From Methanobacteriota archaeon (lineage in GTDB: Archaea > Thermoplasmatota > Poseidoniia > Poseidoniales > Thalassarchaeaceae), in NCBI GenBank assembly GCA_029977385.1, contig JAPOKZ010000001.1, positions 22,741 through 86,740 of the forward strand: DNA of 64,000 bases, written 5' to 3'. The translations under genes were made by a program, and so were the position numbers. The notes under the pieces were generated by a model. That model ran no database searches. It was given only the letters and a program-made list of their open reading frames with translations, and was not told the origin of the DNA. Shown here one piece after another: positions 53,143-62,035 of the stretch (its first letter is position 1; each line of letters starts with the position of its first letter).

Positions 53143-56100
53143 ATGAGCACCCGCATTGAACATACCAGAACTCTAGCCATGACTATTGCCCTACTATTTC
53201 TGGGAATGTCATTATCCATGGGACTGCAGCAACATGGAAGGGAAGTCCTTGAGGAGGAGCCAGTATCAATGGAAACCCATTCAGGTCTCAATATGCCAGG
53301 CTCTACTGTAGGATCTATCCACTCCCTAACTGCACTCGGGGCATCCAATGGCTATACCTGCGCGGTATTAGACAACAACGAAATGAAGTGCTGGGGGAAG
53401 GCAGAAAACGGGTCTCTAGGGAATGGCGATGGTCAACAAAATCAGTATACGCCGGTCGGAGTAAATGAACTGAACGAGAATAACTGCTGTTTTGCCGATA
53501 TCGAAGAGACAAGCCCCGATGGGGACCACTCGTGCGCTCTTTCCAACGGGTCCGTCTACTGCTGGGGGCTGGACACGGCCGGGCAGATAGGACACGGGCA
53601 CATCAGTTGCTTTGGGGCTTGCCTGAATCCTCATGGGCCCTCAGTTCTGAATAGAAACGTCGTTACTTTCACAACCGGCCTCAGGCACACATGCGCGATT
53701 GCAGACGACTCGACTACCTGGTGCTGGGGGGAGAACGACTTCGGCCAACTTGGAGTCGGTGATAATGATGGCAGGAACGCTCCAGCCCAAGTTTTGTTGC
53801 CTGCCGGCGCCACTCCAATCTCGATTAATGCCGGTGGGCATACCACCTGTGTCGTTCTGGACAACGGAACCGGTCTCTGCTGGGGAAAGAGCGATTACGG
53901 CCATCTCGGAGACGGGACTTACAACAACAGGAATGAGCCGACCCCCATCTCAATACTCCCTTCAAACAGATCACTGGTCGCGATGGATTTGGGTGCTGGC
54001 CATGCATGCGGAATCCTGGACGACGGCACGGCTCACTGTTGGGGCAACAACACCTTCTCCTCAGGAGAGTCCGGGGGGCGGTTAGGCGACGGCTCCACCC
54101 AGAGCTCCAGATTCCCTCGAAGTGTTTCACTTCCCCTTGGAAAGACCGCTATATCCATAGACGTGGGCGTTGATCACACCTGTGCAATACTGGATGACAG
54201 CAGCGCTGCCTGCTGGGGTCTTAACGAAGAGGGACAACTTGGCGACGGAACCACGGACAACAGTACGACGCCGGTCGGCGTATCCGTGCCGGTCGGCCTG
54301 ACCTTTGGAGAGATCTCGGCAGGACTCGCACACACGTGTGCAGTGGCGACAAACGCATCCGTTTACTGCTGGGGGCATCATGAGGAAGGTGCCTTGGGAC
54401 TGGGAGAGGACGTGGATAGCGATGTCCCGGCCTACGTGGACCTTGGCACGGGTAGGCACGCCCTGATGAGCGAGCGAGACAATGACGACGATGGCATCGT
54501 GAACATCCTTGACCCGTTCCCTGATGGATGTCCATCGGGCTATTACGCAACGAATGGCACATGCGAGTTGGTCGAGCCGGGGCACTACACAAACGACCTT
54601 CCTCCATACGAGCAATTCCCCTGCCAACCAGGAACGTACCAACCTAGTTATGGTCAGCTGGATTGCATAGACGCCAGTGCCGGTAACTACGTCGAAAGCC
54701 CCGCTTCTGTATCTCAGACTCCATGTGGGGCAGGGAGTTACCAGCCTGACTCGGGACAGACATCCTGTGTAGAAACCGATCCAGGGAACTACGTTTCAGA
54801 CCAGGGTTCGATACGTCAGAATCAATGCTCCCCAGGAACCTATCAGCCATCTCCGGCGGCATCGGGTTGCATTGATGCAAGCCCCGGATACTACGTTACT
54901 GGTTTTGCATCGGAAGAGCAAATCCCATGCACAGCCGGAACCTACCAGATTCTGTCAGGACAGGCCTCATGCTTCCAAGCGGGACCAGGCTTCCACGTAC
55001 CTTCTGAGGGCTCAGTCACCCAGCAGCAATGCCAACCGGGAACCTTCTCGTCCCAGCAGGGCCAGGTAATCTGCACAGAAGCCTCGCCGGGATATTTCGC
55101 TGACGGGGTACAGCAATCCTCCCAATCCCCATGCCAGCCAGGCGAGTTCCAGAATTCTTCCGGAGAGACCTCCTGCTTGTCAACCACTCCCGGTCACTAC
55201 ACAGATTCGGAGGGCGCGGCAGAGCAGACCCAGTGCCCAGCCGGAACTTACCAGCCCGACTCAGGACAGACAACATGTATTTCCGCAGAACCGGGGTACT
55301 ACTCCGAAATAGGAGCTTTGTCTCAGATTCAATGCCAGAACGGGACCTACTCATCAGAGTCCGGACAGGGGTCTTGCACTCCTGCCGAGCCCGGATTCTA
55401 TGTCGACCTGGACGGGGCTACGGGATCGACTCCTTGCCCGCCGGGGCAGTTCCAATCAGACACAGGGTCATCCGGGTGCGAGCTCCCTCCTCCCGGCCAG
55501 ATAGCTAGCCCAGATGGATCGACCACGGTTTCATGTCCACCCGGAAAGTACCAGCCCGGTGACCAGTCAATTTGCGTGGATGCCTCTCCGGGATTCTTCG
55601 TCAACGAAACCGGCTCATCCACTCAGAGTCAGTGTCCGCCTGGAACATATCAGCCCGATTCGGGAGAGTCATCTTGCCTGCCGGCAAATCCTGGCAACTA
55701 CGTTGACTCTCCGGGTTCATCAAGCCAGACACCCTGCCCTACTGGCCAGTTCCAGTCGTTCGGGGGTCAGGAATCATGCACCCCTGCTATGGAAGGACAT
55801 CACGTTCCCGAACAGGGAGCAGTGTCCCAGACAACTTGCAAGCCGGGCAACTACCAACCGGATCAGGGTATGGATAACTGCATCTCCGCAGATCCAGGGA
55901 ACTTTGTCTCTTCGTCAGGAGCGATATCCCAGAGTCCCTGCCAACCTGGTAACTACCAGCCAGAGGGCGGTAAGGTAGGCTGCCTCCCAGCAGACCCGGG
56001 CAATTACGTTTCCGAAGCTGCATCAACGGAGCAGAGAAAATGCCCCTCCGGACAGGAGCAGGAGCTGGGCGGCCAGGTCTCGTGCATAGATGTGGAGAGG

Positions 56101-56253
56101 CCTCTGTGGATGTCGATATTGATGTTCGGAGTTCCAGCAATACTGTTGGGAACCATGGCAATCCTCTATATCTCCAACAAGAAGAGTACAGGCTCAAGTG
56201 GAAAGGGAAAGGCGTACATGTATTCAGAGGACATCAGGAAGAAGCAGCCATAG
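53143..56253 (+). CDS. Membrane-anchored surface protein: RCC1/BLIP-II beta-propeller + TSP3-like motif + 15 Cys-rich GCC2/GCC3 (ephrin-receptor-like) repeats + TM
   Basis: Signal peptide; about 7 HTCA...CWG.N..GQLGDG blades; DNDDDGIVNILDPFP; 15 copies of CxxGxYQ....Q..C....PG.Y; C-terminal TM LWMSILMFGVPAILLGTMAILYI then basic tail. Confidence 0.9.
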   Translation: MSTRIEHTRTLAMTIALLFLGMSLSMGLQQHGREVLEEEPVSMETHSGLNMPGSTVGSIHSLTALGASNGYTCAVLDNNEMKCWGKAENGSLGNGDGQQNQYTPVGVNELNENNCCFADIEETSPDGDHSCALSNGSVYCWGLDTAGQIGHGHISCFGACLNPHGPSVLNRNVVTFTTGLRHTCAIADDSTTWCWGENDFGQLGVGDNDGRNAPAQVLLPAGATPISINAGGHTTCVVLDNGTGLCWGKSDYGHLGDGTYNNRNEPTPISILPSNRSLVAMDLGAGHACGILDDGTAHCWGNNTFSSGESGGRLGDGSTQSSRFPRSVSLPLGKTAISIDVGVDHTCAILDDSSAACWGLNEEGQLGDGTTDNSTTPVGVSVPVGLTFGEISAGLAHTCAVATNASVYCWGHHEEGALGLGEDVDSDVPAYVDLGTGRHALMSERDNDDDGIVNILDPFPDGCPSGYYATNGTCELVEPGHYTNDLPPYEQFPCQPGTYQPSYGQLDCIDASAGNYVESPASVSQTPCGAGSYQPDSGQTSCVETDPGNYVSDQGSIRQNQCSPGTYQPSPAASGCIDASPGYYVTGFASEEQIPCTAGTYQILSGQASCFQAGPGFHVPSEGSVTQQQCQPGTFSSQQGQVICTEASPGYFADGVQQSSQSPCQPGEFQNSSGETSCLSTTPGHYTDSEGAAEQTQCPAGTYQPDSGQTTCISAEPGYYSEIGALSQIQCQNGTYSSESGQGSCTPAEPGFYVDLDGATGSTPCPPGQFQSDTGSSGCELPPPGQIASPDGSTTVSCPPGKYQPGDQSICVDASPGFFVNETGSSTQSQCPPGTYQPDSGESSCLPANPGNYVDSPGSSSQTPCPTGQFQSFGGQESCTPAMEGHHVPEQGAVSQTTCKPGNYQPDQGMDNCISADPGNFVSSSGAISQSPCQPGNYQPEGGKVGCLPADPGNYVSEAASTEQRKCPSGQEQELGGQVSCIDVERPLWMSILMFGVPAILLGTMAILYISNKKSTGSSGKGKAYMYSEDIRKKQP

Positions 56254-56295
56254 TCTATCGCACCAGTTATTTGAGGGCAAGCACTGGAGATTGAC

Positions 56296-57342
56296 ATGAG
56301 GGACTTCCCAGGCGACAGAGTCGACCTACGAAGCGACACGGTGACCCAGCCAACCCCTCCAATGAGGGAGGCGATGGCAGGAGCCAGGGTTGGAGACGAC
56401 GTTTGGGGGGATGACCCTACAGTAATCCAACTCCAAGAGATGGTAGCTGAAATGCTCGGAAAAGAGGAATCACTGTTCGTCCCTTCCGGCACAATGTCGA
56501 ATACGATCGCGATAAAGGCCCAGACCAATCATGGCGATGAGATAGTAACCCACCGCAATAGTCACATCTACCTGTGGGAATCCGGAGCATACGCTTCTCT
56601 AGCCGGGTGCTCGATCGCGTTCGTTGACGGGCGCTTGGGTCAGATGACTCCCGAAGGAGTAGAGGGCGCAATCAGAAAGACGGCTGGAAGCAACTACCAC
56701 TTCCCTGATTGCACATTAGTCTGTGTCGAAAACACTGCAAACGTAGGAGGCGGGTCAATTTACAACCAGGACGTCCTGGATGGGATCTGCCGTGTCGCCC
56801 ACGAAAACGACTGTCGAGCCCACCTAGATGGTGCCAGGCTCTTCAATGCGGCAATAGGTAGTGGAACGGACCCGACTCGCATGGTCAGAGATTTCGATAC
56901 CATCTCGGTTTGTCTATCGAAGGGACTGGGTGCCCCAGTAGGGTCTGTTCTAGTGGGGGACAGGGAGACAATCTCCCGTTCCCGTAGGTGGAGGAAGACT
57001 TTCGGAGGTGGGATGAGGCAGTCCGGAATACTCGCTGCAGCGGGTATCTATGCCTTGGAAAACAACATCGAACGACTATCCGAGGACCATACTCGAGCAT
57101 CCAGGCTAGCCGAATCAATCAATTCGATGGACTCCTTCTCGGTAGAGATGGAAGGAGTCCAATCCAATATGGTCTACGTTCAGTGCATCGAAGAAAGCTC
57201 TAGTGAGGTGTCTAGAAAGCTCGCCGGACTGGGAGTAGATGTGAGCGTGGAGACAGACTCGATAGTGAGGGCAGTGGTACACCTGCACATCACTGACGAG
57301 GACATAGACATGGCCACACAGGCATTCGAGCAATCACAATAA
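56296..57342 (+). CDS. ltaE: Low-specificity L-threonine aldolase
   Basis: DLRSDTVTQPT, GDDVWGDDPTV, LFVPSGTMSN, ENT, HLDGARLFNA, CLSKGLGAPVGS, GGGMRQSG, RL.EDH.RA. Confidence 0.95.
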   Translation: MRDFPGDRVDLRSDTVTQPTPPMREAMAGARVGDDVWGDDPTVIQLQEMVAEMLGKEESLFVPSGTMSNTIAIKAQTNHGDEIVTHRNSHIYLWESGAYASLAGCSIAFVDGRLGQMTPEGVEGAIRKTAGSNYHFPDCTLVCVENTANVGGGSIYNQDVLDGICRVAHENDCRAHLDGARLFNAAIGSGTDPTRMVRDFDTISVCLSKGLGAPVGSVLVGDRETISRSRRWRKTFGGGMRQSGILAAAGIYALENNIERLSEDHTRASRLAESINSMDSFSVEMEGVQSNMVYVQCIEESSSEVSRKLAGLGVDVSVETDSIVRAVVHLHITDEDIDMATQAFEQSQ

Positions 57343-57380
57343 CCCGTAACCGTTCAATAACTCCTCCGCCTCGACCAGCC

Positions 57381-58403
57381 ATGAGGCGCCTGTGGGCACT
57401 GATCCTGATTGCTCTAATCGCAATCCCGATACAAGCCTCCGCAGCTACGGAAAGCCTTTGGGATGATGCAAGGATAGCCGATGAGGCGGGGACTATATCC
57501 GGAACCATAGGAGGGATTTCGATAGATCTATCGAACACCACCTACGAGAAAACGACGTTCGGAGTTATCGATTTGCCGAGCATAGTCGAGGTATACACAG
57601 CTACTTGGTGTTCAAACTGTATCACGACCGAACGGGCCCTTGACGATGCCATAGGGGAGCTCGATGTGACCAGGATTCACTATCACAGACACCTGTACGA
57701 GACCTTGGATCCATTTGGAAGCAACTCCACTGACTCCCGATGGGTCGAAACCTACGGAGAAGGATCCCTTCTTTCTACCGAGAGGTCAATGCCGTCATCC
57801 GATGGTGGGACGATGAGGATCCCTGGAACAGACAGATCCGCTCCTAGCAAAGTCTTCGACGGGGAGAGGATGTATACAGGAACAAGCACAAAATCCAACA
57901 GTCTTCTGACCGACTACTCTACCGCATTGGCTTTGGGCTCGAGCCACCCCTTCGCTTCGAATGGCTCAATCTCCCTAGAAGCGTCAGCTTCTGTAACCAT
58001 GCCAGTGAACGACCAGGACGAGAATCATTCTGGAGAGATTCTGGACTACAACTTCCAATGGGACATAAGCCTCTGGACAGAGGAAAACTCCCCATGGGAC
58101 CTAAACATTTGGCTCATGTTCGTGGAAGATGTTGCACACCACCCCGAGGGGAGCAACGGAAAGGAGAACTACAGTAATGTCCTTCACGAGGCAGTCAACG
58201 TAGGAACAAGTCATGCCGGCTCTTATGCATTCAACCCCCCCGAACCATGGGACGGAGACGATATGTCTGTGGTTCTGATTGTAGACTGGGAAGCGAGAGG
58301 CGTCGCGAATAGCTCGAACTCTCTCCCAGCCCCTGGAGTGGCTACTCTGCTGTGCATGCTAGCTGCCTTGGTTCCTAGGCGTCAATTAGAATCTCAGTCG
58401 TAA
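57381..58403 (+). CDS. Secreted thioredoxin-fold (Omp28-like) protein with C-terminal sorting/anchor segment
   Basis: Signal peptide; VEVYTATWCSNC CxxC motif, IHYH; C-terminal SLPAPG + hydrophobic stretch + RR. Confidence 0.75.
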   Translation: MRRLWALILIALIAIPIQASAATESLWDDARIADEAGTISGTIGGISIDLSNTTYEKTTFGVIDLPSIVEVYTATWCSNCITTERALDDAIGELDVTRIHYHRHLYETLDPFGSNSTDSRWVETYGEGSLLSTERSMPSSDGGTMRIPGTDRSAPSKVFDGERMYTGTSTKSNSLLTDYSTALALGSSHPFASNGSISLEASASVTMPVNDQDENHSGEILDYNFQWDISLWTEENSPWDLNIWLMFVEDVAHHPEGSNGKENYSNVLHEAVNVGTSHAGSYAFNPPEPWDGDDMSVVLIVDWEARGVANSSNSLPAPGVATLLCMLAALVPRRQLESQS

Positions 58404-58450
58404 GCCTCTGCCTAATCAGTGGGTTGAATAACCACCGCCGAGCATGGCCA

Positions 58451-61400
58451 ATGCTCGGAGATGACCCTTTGACACCAACGGAACACAGTGTGACTATCGA
58501 AGAGGTTCCAGCAGGGCGGATGCCAAGCTGGCTTAAACAACACATCCGACTCCAGTCCCTAGGAAAGCCCAGTAATGATCAAAACTATCATGGAAGAATT
58601 CTGATAATTTACCCAACAGAGAAGTCGAAGAGACAGGCACTCTCATCTATCGACCTTCGAGGAGCTGTAGATCGGACTCTCCACCACACAATGGATTCTC
58701 TGATTTCTTCATTAGTAGCAGACTTCAGGCTACCTCGAGTTATTTCTAATCAAGGCCCACTCAGTGCCATTATTCATGCTGAGTGCCAGAAGGAGTCCTC
58801 TAGACTTGGATTCCCGATGATTAACCCACTACCCGAGATGAAGTGGGGGAAGGGGAAGTCAGAGGCACTAGCACACCTCCACCACCATCTTTCGAGAGAG
58901 ATGGTGGCTAGGAGTTGGGAAGGACCAGGGATCTCCACATTCAGGAGAGTGATTTCCAGGCTTGAGGAGAAACTTCGATTCACGCATCCCGACATGGCTT
59001 GTGAACGGATTATCGAAGCCTTGGAGGGAGGAAGACTTCCATTCACCATTTCTGATATAGACGGAATAATCATGCTAGACCACTCGCCAGTGATGTGCAG
59101 ATCGCACACTCAGGTTCTCCTGTCTCTCTCTAAGCTAAGACCGATTCACCAGCTAACATACCCGGGAAACTTCCGCCTCGGCCATCATGGACACATGCTA
59201 GTAGACCGACACCCAATCGAGGATCCAACTGAACTTCCAAATTGGATCCCGTCCGAAAGGACCCCACTTACACAGTCAACCGTAAAAGTGAACAGAATCC
59301 TTCTGAAGAGAGAGGCCCACTCCTTCGAAGCAGCCATCCAAATCGTCTCTGAAAGACTAAGCCGAGAGGACTCTGAGATAATTATCGTAGACCCAGCTTT
59401 GGAGAGCAACCGACACAGATGGGAGCAACTTCTCGGAGAAATTGGTATCTGCATGGAAATGAGGAGGGCCCCCCCATCATCCCATCCTATAGGTCATTGG
59501 TTACTATTCCTTGCAAGATTGGGACACGGAGCCGACGCCTTCTCGCTTGAGAGCCTAAGGGCACTTTCTCTCCAGATGTCGGTAGCCCCATTCGAGGAAC
59601 CAAGAGATCACCCATCAGATCCAGATATCTCCCCTCTAGCCGACTCTGAATTACTAACTAGGCTAGCTAGGAATGAGCATGTCCTAGGTGGGCCTGGCGC
59701 TTTATCCAAGTGGCTTGAGACTCTATCCAGACCACCAACGAATGAGAAAGATGGCCCGATAAAGGAATCCACGCAATGGTGGCTAATGTGTCTGGCAGCG
59801 TCTATTCGACCGCTACTCCGGGGGTATGATCGGGAACTGATTGGGAACCTAAAGGACCTCGTTGGATGTCATTCTGGACAACTCCTCCCCATACCCGATC
59901 CTCCGGAAGATGGAGACGAATGGCTGCAAAACACGATCTCCCTAATCGATATGCGATCTCAGATGAACCGCTTCTCGGGCAGAGGACTCTCTCCAGAAGC
60001 GGCAGTAAGGGCTCTCATCCAAGAGCGAGTTACTCTGAGGGAGATGCAGAGAAGATCCGGACAGTCAAAGCCAACCCTAGGCTCAGATTGGGTGGATGAA
60101 CTCTGCTCATTGGCGCATCAGACCAAAGCAATGACCGGAGGTTCAAACTTCGCCAGCAGCGTCTCTGTGATGACTCCCGAGGAGGCCTTGGGATGCTCTG
60201 CCGATCTAGCGGTGTTGACAAATCTGTCTAGCTCTTCATGGGAATTGAGAGTACCAAAGGTACCATTCGTCGGTGAGGAAGAGCGCCATTCTCTGGGAAT
60301 CCTAAGGCCAGACTCTCCAATCAGAGATGCAAGACACAATTTGCTGCATATACTGAATTGCTCATCAGAGGTCTTCGTCCTAGACCCGAGTATGGACGAA
60401 ACATCGCCACCAGCCGCACCAATTAGGGAATGGGCCATGGATTTTGAGTCGTCCGGAATCGAATCCAAAAACCACGAAATTACAGAGACTGCCCGTTCCC
60501 CTAGGGCTTCAAGACAGGCCGACGGTCTTCGGATCAGACAGGGCAAGCCTCCTGAACACTCACCAATCAATCCCAGTGCCATCTCCATATCCCTGGACGC
60601 AGCGGTTCAGAGGGACCGCGAGAGAAGGCAGCCCTCCATAGCCGCCAGCGATGGATACCTCTCCGAGGAAAGCCATTCACACATACTTTCCATTGAGAAA
60701 CTCAGGTTTCACGGCAAGCCCCCAGAAGGAATCAGTCCCCCCAGGACCAATAGAAGATGGCCGGTTGTTGGAGCCTCAGTGAACGGAAAGACCACTCCCT
60801 CGATTGATCCGAGGCCCCTCTCACCGAAGGCTACTGGTGCTCTCGTCAGCGACTCTAGACACGGACACTCGGGAGAGGCGCTCCAGGAGATTCCGGTGTG
60901 GTCCCCGACAAGGCTCCAGGAGTGGTCACGATGTCCAAGAAGGGGGTGGCTCTCCAGAGAACTTGGCGCACAAAGAGAGGAGTTGCAGGGAGAGGATATT
61001 GACAATAGGACTTACGGGGAGCTTCTTCACAACGTCCATCATGATATAATTGCCAAAACCCTTGGCTTCGAGACCAGTGACGAGCGCACTCACGACGGTG
61101 GACTTGGCCATGTCAGCGTGCAGAGATCGGGATTGGATCAAAGAGAAATCATGCGCATTGCACTCGAGTCATTGGACTCAAGGGCTCCTTGGTTAGAGAG
61201 GACCGATGCCGTATCGACCCAACGTCTTAGGTCCCTGACCGGTATGGATAGGGAAGAATGGGGAAGTTGGCTGGCAGACCCAAAACCCATCCCTCCGAGA
61301 GGTAGGATTGGAAGTATTGTTACAGCCGAGTTCGATGTAAGCGACTCTGCTCCCCTGTCTATCGAGTGGAGTATCGGAAAACACTCTTCAGACTATGTCC

Positions 61401-62035
61401 AAGTTGATCCAACCCCTGAGATATCCGGAATTGTAGAGGCAACTCCCATCAGGGTCAGAGGGTGGATAGATAGGGTAGACTTGCTCCCATTCGACTTAGA
61501 TTCGGAGACTTGGATTGACGACGGAGGGAGCGACACAGTAGCACCGCTCAGAGTCATGGGCTCGGGATGGAAACCGAAAAGAGTGATTGCCATCAGGGAC
61601 CTCAAGACCTCCGAGGACCCCTACCAAAGGAATAGACATTACACCGGACTTCTAGACGAACTCCAACTTGCCATTTATGCCAGGGCATGGGAGGTAGCCC
61701 ACCCCGGAGACCTGGTCCTTGCAGCTGGGATTTCCGTGATAGGGCACAAATCAGAACACTTCCTGGAGGTATCCTCACTATTCTCCCCTTCTCCACCCGG
61801 AATTAACATCGGCACACAGACAACAATCACTACTGGATTACACAGATTTTCGGATGAGGATGAAAAAGCCGACTCAGATCATTTCAGGGCTTGGTTGGCA
61901 CAACGTCTCTCAGTAGCCATGGGAGTCGCTAGCAATGCCAGAAACGGGAAGGTACACCCCACTCCTTCCCCCAAAGCCTGTGCATATTGTCCCGTGAGAG
62001 AAATCTGTGATGTTAGGATGGAGGGGTCTTTCTGA
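58451..62035 (+). CDS. addB: AddB/RexB-like subunit (inactive helicase scaffold + Fe-S PD-(D/E)XK nuclease)
   Basis: No Walker A; C-terminal WSPTRLQEWSRCPRR, YGELLH, RGWIDRVD, RDLKT, QLAIYARA, CAYCPVREIC; directly precedes a UvrD-type helicase. Confidence 0.85.
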   Translation: MLGDDPLTPTEHSVTIEEVPAGRMPSWLKQHIRLQSLGKPSNDQNYHGRILIIYPTEKSKRQALSSIDLRGAVDRTLHHTMDSLISSLVADFRLPRVISNQGPLSAIIHAECQKESSRLGFPMINPLPEMKWGKGKSEALAHLHHHLSREMVARSWEGPGISTFRRVISRLEEKLRFTHPDMACERIIEALEGGRLPFTISDIDGIIMLDHSPVMCRSHTQVLLSLSKLRPIHQLTYPGNFRLGHHGHMLVDRHPIEDPTELPNWIPSERTPLTQSTVKVNRILLKREAHSFEAAIQIVSERLSREDSEIIIVDPALESNRHRWEQLLGEIGICMEMRRAPPSSHPIGHWLLFLARLGHGADAFSLESLRALSLQMSVAPFEEPRDHPSDPDISPLADSELLTRLARNEHVLGGPGALSKWLETLSRPPTNEKDGPIKESTQWWLMCLAASIRPLLRGYDRELIGNLKDLVGCHSGQLLPIPDPPEDGDEWLQNTISLIDMRSQMNRFSGRGLSPEAAVRALIQERVTLREMQRRSGQSKPTLGSDWVDELCSLAHQTKAMTGGSNFASSVSVMTPEEALGCSADLAVLTNLSSSSWELRVPKVPFVGEEERHSLGILRPDSPIRDARHNLLHILNCSSEVFVLDPSMDETSPPAAPIREWAMDFESSGIESKNHEITETARSPRASRQADGLRIRQGKPPEHSPINPSAISISLDAAVQRDRERRQPSIAASDGYLSEESHSHILSIEKLRFHGKPPEGISPPRTNRRWPVVGASVNGKTTPSIDPRPLSPKATGALVSDSRHGHSGEALQEIPVWSPTRLQEWSRCPRRGWLSRELGAQREELQGEDIDNRTYGELLHNVHHDIIAKTLGFETSDERTHDGGLGHVSVQRSGLDQREIMRIALESLDSRAPWLERTDAVSTQRLRSLTGMDREEWGSWLADPKPIPPRGRIGSIVTAEFDVSDSAPLSIEWSIGKHSSDYVQVDPTPEISGIVEATPIRVRGWIDRVDLLPFDLDSETWIDDGGSDTVAPLRVMGSGWKPKRVIAIRDLKTSEDPYQRNRHYTGLLDELQLAIYARAWEVAHPGDLVLAAGISVIGHKSEHFLEVSSLFSPSPPGINIGTQTTITTGLHRFSDEDEKADSDHFRAWLAQRLSVAMGVASNARNGKVHPTPSPKACAYCPVREICDVRMEGSF

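Noticed and set aside
55685..55696. CAAATCCTGGCA matches the tRNA-Pro T-arm, possible att site
   Set aside because: Only 12 nt, inside a coding repeat, no integrase, and core genes lie between; chance match.
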